Assembly (NCBI GenBank): GCA_963806185.1
Contig: CAWDXE010000001.1
Location: forward strand, 384,001-448,000
Length of the DNA: 64,000 nucleotides
Origin: an uncultured candidate division Zixibacteria bacterium
Lineage (GTDB): Bacteria > Zixibacteria > MSB-5A5 > GN15 > FEB-12
Reading direction: 5' to 3'
How positions within the stretch are numbered: position 1 is the stretch's first letter; each line of letters begins with the position of its first letter. The position numbers and the translations under genes were made by a program. The notes under the pieces are model-generated. The model ran no database searches, was not told the origin of the DNA, and was given only the letters and a program-made list of their open reading frames with translations. Below, one piece after another: positions 56,645-64,000 of this stretch.

Positions 56645-56806
56645 ATGTTAATCGTAGCTTGGATCGTGTTTGGGGTAATTCCCGGTTTCCTCGCCTGCAC
56701 TCTCGCTGCCGTTACCGGCCGTCTGGCAATCTGGCAGCCACAGCCGAGCCACGAACTGTACCGCCCGGTCTGCGAAACCCATGACTATGGCAACCTCGGT
56801 CAATAG
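56645..56806 (+). CDS. Small membrane protein or GlsB/YeaQ-like fragment (53 aa)
   Basis: GGAGAGG RBS; MLIVAWIVFGVIPGFLA resembles GlsB/YeaQ/YmgE N-termini, the rest is unrelated. Confidence 0.35.
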   Translation: MLIVAWIVFGVIPGFLACTLAAVTGRLAIWQPQPSHELYRPVCETHDYGNLGQ

Positions 56807-57020
56807 CCGTCCGGATGTATCATTCCCGCTTCAGACCTGGGGATTAGTCCCTTTTTCAATCGTTTGGTCGATTCCGAATTCGACCAACCACCCTATACTG
56901 TTGCTTGCGAGTGTTGACTGATGAGTGGACGCGACGATCGCCGACCATGGGTCGCCTTCAACGTATATTCTACAAGCGTCCAATCCGTCCTGATCCACTG
57001 CTGGAAAGGAATGTCTAAAA

Positions 57021-59282
57021 TTGCGAAACGGAATCGACAGCTCGATCATCAAGCGCATTGCATTTGTCGGCAATTACCTGCCGCGCCGATGCGGCATCGC
57101 CACCTTCACCACGGATTTGTGTGAGGCCATAGCGGCCGAACGTGAGGGGACAACCTGTATTGCCGTTCCCGTCAATGACACCGATGTCGGGTACGAATAC
57201 CCTGCGCGCGTTCGCTTTGAACTCTCGGAGAAGGATATCGAATCGTATCGTCGCGCCGCCGATTTCCTGAATATCAATAATGTCGATCTTGTCTGCCTGC
57301 AGCACGAATACGGCATTTTCGGGGGGCGTGCCGGCAGCCACATTCTGGCTCTCCTGCGCGAACTGCGCATGCCGATTGTCACAACCCTGCACACCATTCT
57401 GGCCGAGCCGGATGCAGATCAACGATGGGCGCTGGAGGAAATCGCGAAGCTCTCAGACCGTCTCGTTGTCATGAGTCAGCGCGGCAAGGACTTTCTGACC
57501 GATGTCTACCACGTGTCCGCAAACAAAGTCGATCTCATCCCGCACGGTATCCCGGACGTTCCATTTGTCGACCCCAGTTTTCACAAGGATCTCTTCGGCG
57601 TCGAGGGTAAAATGGTCCTGCTCAGTTTTGGACTGCTCTCCGCGAGCAAGGGGATCGAAAATGTCATTGAGGCTTTGCCGGCGATTCTCGCTTTACACCC
57701 AAACGTCGTCTACATAATTCTCGGTGAAACTCATCCGCACGTGAAGGAGACGGACGGGGAAGCATACCGGCTCTCCCTACAATGGCTCGCCCGCGAGCGA
57801 GGCGTCGAAGGTAATGTCATCTTCTACAATCGGTTCGTCAGCCTGGAAGAATTGATCGAATTCATCGGCGCGGCCGACATATATATCACTCCCTATCTCA
57901 ACAAGGCGCAGATCACCTCTGGTACCCTGGCCTATACTCTGGGCGCGGGAAAGGCGGTGATTTCCACACCCTATTGGTACGCTGAAGAAATGCTCGCCGA
58001 AGAGCGAGGCGTTCTCGTGCCGTTTCACGATCCGGCTGCGCTCGCACAAAAGGTAACCGACCTGTTGAACGACGAAGCCGGCCGCCATGCGATGCGTAAG
58101 AGGGCGTACCTGTTCGGCAGGGAAATGATTTGGCCGGAGGTGGCGCATCGTTACCGCGAAACCTTCGAGCGCGCCCGGGCTGATCGTCGGCACTTCTCCA
58201 GCCCCGGATACACTGTCAAAGCCCTCGACAAGCACCCCGGCGAACTGCCCCCAGTGAAGCTTGATCACCTGCGCAATATGACCGACGAAACAGGTATCCT
58301 CCAGCACGCCATTTTCACGATCCCCAATTATCACGAAGGATATACGACCGACGACAATACCCGTGCCCTCATCGTGAGCGCGCTGCTTGAGGATCTGGGT
58401 AATCAGGATGCCTTTGACCTGGCCTCGCGCTACCTTGCTTTCATCTGGTACGCGTACAATGCCGATACCGGGCGCTTCCGTAATTTCATGACTTATCAGC
58501 GCACCTGGTTAGAGGCGAACGGATCGGACGACAGCCACGGTCGCGCCCTATGGGCACTGGGCACTGTGCTTGGTCGATCCAATACTCCTGCGCTTCACAG
58601 CATGGCCGGATGGTTATTTGAACAGGCGCTCCCCGCCATTCTCGGCACTACCAGTCCCCGTGCGTGGGGTTTTGCCCTTATCGGCATCCATGAATATCTC
58701 CGCCGCTTCGCCGGCGACCGTCGTGCCAGCCAGGTTCAGGAAGAATTATCCCAGCGACTCCTGTCCTTGTATGAGCGTTGTCGCTCCGACGACTGGTGCT
58801 GGTACGAAGAGGGATTAACCTACTGCAATGCCGTCCTTCCTCATGCGTCGTTGATCTGCGGACAGTCCATTCAGAGCACGGCCATGATCGATGCCGGACT
58901 GGAATCACTTGCCTGGCTCAGCAATATCCAACGGGCCAGCAAAGGGGGCCACTTTGTCCCGATCGGATCCAATGGCTTCTACCGCAAGAGTGGCGAACGT
59001 GCTCGCTTTGACCAACAGCCGGTCGAGGGCCAGGCGATGGTTTCTGCCTGTCTTGAGGCGTTTCGACTTACGAAGGATATCCGCTGGCGCAAAGAAGCCC
59101 AGCGCGCCTTTGAATGGTTCCTGGGCCGCAACGACTTGAACTTATCTATCTACGACCCAACCACGGGTGGATGTCGCGATGGTTTGCATCCTGATCGCCC
59201 CAATGAAAATCTCGGCGCCGAATCTACTCTGGCCTTTCTCCAGTCCCTGCTGGAACTCCGCCTGGCAGAGAACACTTTCTAA
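57021..59282 (+). CDS. Glycosyltransferase family 4 fused to a C-terminal alpha-helical glycosidase-like domain
   Basis: YLPRRCGIATFT, QHEYGIFGG, TSGTLAY..GAGK..ISTPYW; C-domain GILQHA, GYTTDDN, FDQQP, N.GAEST. Confidence 0.88.
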   Translation: MRNGIDSSIIKRIAFVGNYLPRRCGIATFTTDLCEAIAAEREGTTCIAVPVNDTDVGYEYPARVRFELSEKDIESYRRAADFLNINNVDLVCLQHEYGIFGGRAGSHILALLRELRMPIVTTLHTILAEPDADQRWALEEIAKLSDRLVVMSQRGKDFLTDVYHVSANKVDLIPHGIPDVPFVDPSFHKDLFGVEGKMVLLSFGLLSASKGIENVIEALPAILALHPNVVYIILGETHPHVKETDGEAYRLSLQWLARERGVEGNVIFYNRFVSLEELIEFIGAADIYITPYLNKAQITSGTLAYTLGAGKAVISTPYWYAEEMLAEERGVLVPFHDPAALAQKVTDLLNDEAGRHAMRKRAYLFGREMIWPEVAHRYRETFERARADRRHFSSPGYTVKALDKHPGELPPVKLDHLRNMTDETGILQHAIFTIPNYHEGYTTDDNTRALIVSALLEDLGNQDAFDLASRYLAFIWYAYNADTGRFRNFMTYQRTWLEANGSDDSHGRALWALGTVLGRSNTPALHSMAGWLFEQALPAILGTTSPRAWGFALIGIHEYLRRFAGDRRASQVQEELSQRLLSLYERCRSDDWCWYEEGLTYCNAVLPHASLICGQSIQSTAMIDAGLESLAWLSNIQRASKGGHFVPIGSNGFYRKSGERARFDQQPVEGQAMVSACLEAFRLTKDIRWRKEAQRAFEWFLGRNDLNLSIYDPTTGGCRDGLHPDRPNENLGAESTLAFLQSLLELRLAENTF

Positions 59283-59302
59283 TCCATGGAGATGCACCCC
59301 CA

Positions 59303-60244
59303 ATGAACAATTCGCACCCCGAACTCCTTCGGCGTCATAAACTCAATCCGATTCTAACTGCCGCCAACTGGCCCTATCCCGTCAACAGCGTCTTCAATCC
59401 AGGTGCCACGTTGCTGGGCGACGGCACAACGCTGTTGCTGTGTCGGGTGGAGGATCGGCGCGGACAGTCGCACCTCTGCGCCGCCCGCTCCGCCAACGGT
59501 GTCGACGGATGGCGGATCGATCCCCAACCGACGTTGCTACCGGACCCCAGGAATTTTCCGGAGGAGATTTGGGGTATCGAGGACCCGAGAATCACCTTCG
59601 TCCCGGAACTCGACCAATACGCCGTAGTGTATACTGCTTTCACTCGCGATGGACCAGGGGTGGCCTTGGCAACAACTGAAGACTTCCAGACATTCAAGCG
59701 CTTTGGGGTCATCATGTCCCCCGAGGACAAAGATGCGACTCTCTTGCCGCATCGTATCGACGGCCGCTGGGCTCTGATTCACCGTCCAATCAGCTCACCA
59801 AGAGCTCACATGTGGATATCGTATTCGCCCGATCTGACTCACTGGGGAGGTCACAAGCTCATGCTTGAAGCTCGACGGGGCGGATGGTGGGATGCAAACA
59901 AGATAGGTCTTTCGCCGCCACCGATAGAAACTCCGCAAGGCTGGCTGGTGATGTACCACGGTGTGCGATACACTGCCGCCGGCGCCATATATCGCCTCGG
60001 TCTTGCACTCTTCGACCTGAAGGCGCCCGAGGTATGTCTCAAGCGCTGCAATCAGTGGGTCTTCGGCCCCGAAGAACCGTACGAATTACATGGTGATGTA
60101 GGAAATGTTGTATTCCCCTGCGGCTATACCATTCTCCCCGACGGCGACACTGTCCACTTCTATTATGGCGCTGCCGACACGAGCATCGCGCTTGCGACGG
60201 GCAGTATACGTGCTATGCTCGATTGGCTGGACAAAGAAGATTGA
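59303..60244 (+). CDS. GH130-family glycosidase/phosphorylase
   Basis: NPIL, VFNPGA, EDPRIT, KDA, HRP, YHGV, GDVGNVVFPCG, YYGAADT. Confidence 0.88.
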   Translation: MNNSHPELLRRHKLNPILTAANWPYPVNSVFNPGATLLGDGTTLLLCRVEDRRGQSHLCAARSANGVDGWRIDPQPTLLPDPRNFPEEIWGIEDPRITFVPELDQYAVVYTAFTRDGPGVALATTEDFQTFKRFGVIMSPEDKDATLLPHRIDGRWALIHRPISSPRAHMWISYSPDLTHWGGHKLMLEARRGGWWDANKIGLSPPPIETPQGWLVMYHGVRYTAAGAIYRLGLALFDLKAPEVCLKRCNQWVFGPEEPYELHGDVGNVVFPCGYTILPDGDTVHFYYGAADTSIALATGSIRAMLDWLDKED

Positions 60245-60771
60245 TCTGAGATGGACTGATTGCGAAGCCATGTGCCATACAGTTGAACCTGACGCCATTG
60301 GACGACTCGCACGGGAGAATCTGCGTCCTTCGGTCCAATAGACACATACGGTAACGTAGTGCGGCCCGGAGATTGCGGACAATGCACGTCGAAACGTGGG
60401 GGACTCATACCCTTTAAGTTATCGCTAACTATCTGCTTGTCTAATTGCTGATCAACAAACGACAATAGCATGCTGGTGCCACTTTCCCCCAAGGCATGCA
60501 GTTCGACTCTTCTCCTCGATCGCAAATCTCAGTCCGGTCTACTGGAGGATTCCCTTGATGAAATCTTCTGTACGTTTTGACTCCGTTCGGTACGCATAGG
60601 TCGCTCGTTTGACTGAGACGAGATTTCAAAGCCAACATCTCAACAAAAGCCCGTCCGTGCCTGATTTTAGCTGACCCCACTCACGCCAACCTCCCCGTAA
60701 CAAATTGTTGCACTTTAGCTTGCCGCTTCTGAACCTCAGCGCGCAAACCAATCCAGTGCCTCCCTCGATCA

Positions 60772-60827
60772 GTTTCTTGAGCGCTTACGCATATATTTGC
60801 GGTTATGCGTGAGCGCTCACGTATAAG
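60772..60827 (+). promoter_or_regulatory. Tandem palindromic operator-like sites with a rightward promoter
   Basis: TGAGCGCTTACGCATA at 60778-60793 and TATGCGTGAGCGCTCACGTATA at 60804-60825; TATAAG at 60822-60827. Confidence 0.6.
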
Positions 60828-61078
60828 GTGTGAATCTTGAGAGCCGCTGCCAAACTGAAAGGGGTCGCACATGGATCAGCGGGCAACATGAAAACTAGAG
60901 ACTCCGTTACCACCGGTGCCAGCCGGGGACTGGAGATTGGGTAATGAGTCCTTCCATGAACGGCCGCTGAGAAAGCTATTCTTCACTGCCCGACAACAAC
61001 TTGGCGCCCTGTCTCAATGAGCTCGTCGCGCAACACCAAGGGTGGCAGGGAAGTTGAGAAACAGTCTAACGAGCGGGG

Positions 61079-62035
61079 ATGGTCGGAATGGGAAACAGGA
61101 CAGTTTTATTTGGGTGCACTGTCGCCATCGTGATTTGTTCGGTTCTGCCAGAAGCAGGATTGCGCGCAGCGATATCCACGCCAACCTCAGTCACGCTCAC
61201 CTGGACCGCGCCCGGAGATGATCACATTACTGGGCGGGCGTCAACTTACGATATCCGGTACTCCCTCGCGACAATCACCAGCGCCAATTGGGCCAACGCT
61301 GCCAGAGTGACTGGCATCCCTGCTCCGAAGGTGGCTGGTAGTGCTGAATCGTTCGAGGTCACGGGTCTGATCTCAAACACGGCTTACTACTTTGCGATGA
61401 GAGTCGGCGACGAAGTCCCCAATTGGTCGGCAATGTCCAACGTGATCAAGAAATCGACCTCGAAGGAGACCACGCCGCCTTCTGCGATCGCCAATTTGGC
61501 GGCCGGAAATGCCACAATTTCAAGCGTCGCCCTTACCTGGACTGCGCCGGGGGATGACGGCACCATCGGAACCGCCACCACCTATGATATCCGCTATGCG
61601 ACAGCCGCGATCACGACGGCCAACTGGGCGTCAGCCACCAAGGTGACAGGCATCCCAGCACCCAAGGTAACCGGCAGCGCCGAGAGCTTCACGATCGCCG
61701 GCCTGAGTTCCTCGACCAAATATTACGTTGCAGTCAAGACGGCTGATGAGGTTCCCAACTGGTCGTCACTCTCAAACGTACCTACGGTGACGACTTGCGG
61801 CGGCTTTTGTATCGGCACGTCAGGGAATGTCGACTGTTCGCCTGACGAGTCAGTGGATATCGTAGATCTAACGACCTTGCTCAGGTACCTGTTCGCCACA
61901 TCAGATACCGCTTGTATCTGCCTCGCCGAAGCCAATATCGATGTTGACCTCGCCAACAGCGTAGACATAGCCGACCTCTCACGACTGATCGACTACTTGT
62001 TCCTCTCACATAATCCGCTGTCCGCCTGCCTATGA
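61079..62035 (+). CDS. Secreted protein with two fibronectin type III repeats and C-terminal dockerin-like domain
   Basis: Two LTWTAPGDD...YDIRY...NW...DEVPNWS..SN repeats; C.G..GNVDC..D..VDI.DL duplicated motif. Confidence 0.88.
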   Translation: MVGMGNRTVLFGCTVAIVICSVLPEAGLRAAISTPTSVTLTWTAPGDDHITGRASTYDIRYSLATITSANWANAARVTGIPAPKVAGSAESFEVTGLISNTAYYFAMRVGDEVPNWSAMSNVIKKSTSKETTPPSAIANLAAGNATISSVALTWTAPGDDGTIGTATTYDIRYATAAITTANWASATKVTGIPAPKVTGSAESFTIAGLSSSTKYYVAVKTADEVPNWSSLSNVPTVTTCGGFCIGTSGNVDCSPDESVDIVDLTTLLRYLFATSDTACICLAEANIDVDLANSVDIADLSRLIDYLFLSHNPLSACL

Positions 62036-62161
62036 CCCTTGCCTACAGGCGGCTGAACGCGCAACACACCCGAGGGTACGAAGCCTCGTCTGACGGGCTT
62101 ACTTCCATTGGTAAGTCTGTGCCTGGTTGGAATTGACGAGTCAATGTGTCGGACTCGTCTG

Positions 62162-62407
62162 AAAAAACAACAGGAGTGGTGGAGGGGGATACCCGACTAA
62201 ATCGTCAGGCGGCTGGTAGACCAGCGCACACCACCCCTGTATATCCAAAGTGTTGCATGCATCCTCTGCCCACACCCCCTCGCGATCCCGGGAGAGTCCG
62301 TTCGGAAAAGGAGGACAGCCGCCGGGCAGGTGTCTTGTGTGCGAGACTGGTCCACCCGGTGGCTGCTCACGGGAAGTCTTTTTCCCAAAGGCTGTTGTCC
62401 CAATCTC
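62162..62407 (-). ncRNA. Candidate structured non-coding RNA (about 245 nt)
   Basis: Lies between a sigma70-like promoter and a terminator-like stem plus T-tract; several nested stems; no convincing ORF. Confidence 0.4.
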
Positions 62408-62412
62408 AAATC

Positions 62413-62441
62413 ATTATACGTGAGCGGTCACGCATAGTCCA
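62413..62441 (-). promoter_or_regulatory. Sigma70 promoter with palindromic operator in the spacer
   Basis: Minus strand TGGACT-N17-TATAAT; spacer ATGCGTGACCGCTCACG. Confidence 0.65.
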
Positions 62442-62645
62442 GTTTAAGTCTCTGCAGATTCAAGAAAGATCTGAAAGAAGATTCTTTGCAGGAGGAATTG
62501 GGATGTTAGAAGATATCACTCGGTCGCCGTAAGAACCAAGCGAGAAAACGGCCAAACATCAGCATCTGGCGAGCACTGCCCATAACCAACTTGGACCAAT
62601 CTACTTAGGGGATCGCGCTAAGCCGATCAGGGATCGACCGAACGC

Positions 62646-63086
62646 TCATTGAGGCTTCTTCTTCTTTGCCCACCGAGCCAACGCCGCCTTTCGTGCGGCA
62701 TCGCTCCGTTGCCTTTTCGTCAGAGTCTTCGCTCGGGCTTTGCCACCCTTGAGGCCGCCCAGTCTTCCCAAAAAGACCGCGGCGGGGTTTTTAGTCGAAC
62801 TACCGGAGGCGGGTCCATTTGAAGGCGATTCACTTGCAGGTGCGTCCGTATCGGTCGATACCGACTCATCCGTTGAAGTGGATTTCCCCGGCGGATTTCC
62901 AATAGCCGATTCATCGGCAGTAGTTTTGGAGGGTTTGCCGTTGGGATCGCTGGGAACTGTCCCGTCCTGAGGCCTCTCCTTGGCGGTCTCGTCCGCCCGC
63001 TGTCCATTTGCGGTTCGATCTGCCAGTGAATTCGCCAACTCGTCGTGGTCAGCATTTTCTGCGGATGGCCGCTCTTCCGTGCTCAT
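62646..63086 (-). CDS. Protein with disordered N-terminus and basic C-terminal KNPAAV.LGRLGGLKGGKARA motif
   Basis: C-terminal KNPAAVFLGRLGGLKGGKARAKTLTKRQRSDAARKAALARW. Confidence 0.8.
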   Translation of the reverse strand: MSTEERPSAENADHDELANSLADRTANGQRADETAKERPQDGTVPSDPNGKPSKTTADESAIGNPPGKSTSTDESVSTDTDAPASESPSNGPASGSSTKNPAAVFLGRLGGLKGGKARAKTLTKRQRSDAARKAALARWAKKKKPQ

Positions 63087-63173
63087 GCTCTTTTGCAGCT
63101 TGATGGGCTACTGCAGTCGCCGGGTTCCGGGTTGTGATCAATCTCATTGCGGGTGATCTCTTGTCTCTATTCA

Positions 63174-63202
63174 AACATAGTCACCAGTAACTCATCTGTC
63201 AA
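63174..63202 (-). promoter_or_regulatory. Sigma70 promoter
   Basis: Minus strand TTGACA-N17-TATGTT upstream of the 62646-63086 gene. Confidence 0.65.
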
Positions 63203-63267
63203 GGGGAACGGACAATCCAGCAGGACGTGTCGACAGGCAAGTCCATTATGCATGACGTGTAGCGGCA

Positions 63268-64000
63268 TCACTCCGTGCCCGGACTCTCCCCGATTACCAT
63301 CTTCACGCGATCGCCGGCCTTGAAGACGGCATCCGTTTGAGTCTGGTTGATGATGGCCAATGTCTCAAGCGAAGCCGACGATCCTGCTTGTTTAGCCAGA
63401 ACTCCCAGCGTCGACTCCGTTTTGACCGTCAATATCTTCAGGCGTTGCGGCTGCACCTGGAGGATTTTCGAATCGGTCAGGTGCCGGAAACTTCCCAACG
63501 AGCTGACAATGATCTGCTGATATTTTCCCCAGAGCTGCTCAGTTGTATAGCCAAGCAATTGGTAAACATGCCCCTTGTGTTCGACAAATGCCGCCTTACC
63601 CTGCAACACTCCCTGATCGGTTTGCGCCTGGAATTTTGCGGAAGCGGCGGGGAGGCCATTGACCTTGCCTGTCTCAAGGCGCTCGGCCGTCATTCCCTCC
63701 TGTGCGAAGAATTGCTTGGCCGCCGTCGCGCTGGAGTTTCCCTGAGCCATTGTGATTTGCAGTACCGCATCCTGGTTTGAACTGACTGCCGCCACAGCTT
63801 CGTTCTGATTCACCGTCTGCCAACTGGAAGGGAACTCGAACTCGAACTCGAGATCTGGCTGGTAGAAATGACTTCCGCGGAAGAAGCCGTCGCGCGGATT
63901 CTTACCGAATACCACACCATCGATACGTTTGAGATAGCTGTCCTGATTTACGGTTAAGCGATCCAGATTGAGCGTGAGGGTATCAACCTCCTTCTGAAAA
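63268..64000 (-). CDS. C-terminal part of a probable M48-family zinc protease with LysM-like tail (partial, runs off the window)
   Basis: YLKRIDG.VFG.NPR.G..F..P.L motif and C-terminal LA.IN......G...K; the catalytic region lies outside the window. Confidence 0.65.
   Translation of the reverse strand, partial: FQKEVDTLTLNLDRLTVNQDSYLKRIDGVVFGKNPRDGFFRGSHFYQPDLEFEFEFPSSWQTVNQNEAVAAVSSNQDAVLQITMAQGNSSATAAKQFFAQEGMTAERLETGKVNGLPAASAKFQAQTDQGVLQGKAAFVEHKGHVYQLLGYTTEQLWGKYQQIIVSSLGSFRHLTDSKILQVQPQRLKILTVKTESTLGVLAKQAGSSASLETLAIINQTQTDAVFKAGDRVKMVIGESPGTE

Noticed and set aside
60809..60820. GTGAGCGCTCAC equals the core of the symmetric lac operator (possible vector contamination)
   Set aside because: The AATT flanks and any vector sequence are absent, and variant copies occur natively nearby.
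62175..62280. GGGGGTG...CTCCACCA on the minus strand resembling tmRNA or tRNA ends
   Set aside because: No TTCRA T-loop, the acceptor stem does not pair properly and the length is wrong.
62040..62640. Possible integron attC sites
   Set aside because: No paired RYYYAAC/GTTRRRY cores with a complementary stem and no integrase.
63229..63256. dif/Xer-like site around CATTATGCATGAC
   Set aside because: Only one partial arm; no TTATGTTAAAT-like XerD arm.

Overview
Gene-dense bacterial chromosome segment. Three proteins carry Cys-stapled dockerin-like C-termini and one has a PEP-CTERM tail, which suggests a candidate-phylum organism such as Zixibacteria (inference). The left half (1-28 kb) is largely core genome: a pgsA-pgpA-cinA-thpR operon, RidA, HD-GYP and tandem-REC proteins, three secreted M16 peptidase genes, a pcrA/uvrD helicase split by a 1-nt frameshift, secDF with an unusual upstream ORF, cydAB and an ATL repair protein. 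The right half is accessory: Ser/Thr kinase-TPR proteins, a sensor kinase/NtrC pair, three dockerin-tagged secreted proteins, an octaheme HAO-family cytochrome and a GT4/GH130 island. Best candidates for something undescribed: (1) a 1365-aa kinase-TPR-GAF-sigma54 activator with a non-canonical GVATGV loop, followed by a sigma54/IHF-like promoter, a 79-aa secreted Pro-rich peptide and a WYL-like HTH protein; (2) a 22-bp palindrome present three times (60.8 and 62.4 kb), two copies sitting in the spacers of convergent promoters that precede structured RNA-like sequences; (3) a possible arrest-peptide leader upstream of secDF. No rRNA, tRNA, CRISPR array or transposase was seen. All calls are by eye; no database searches were run.
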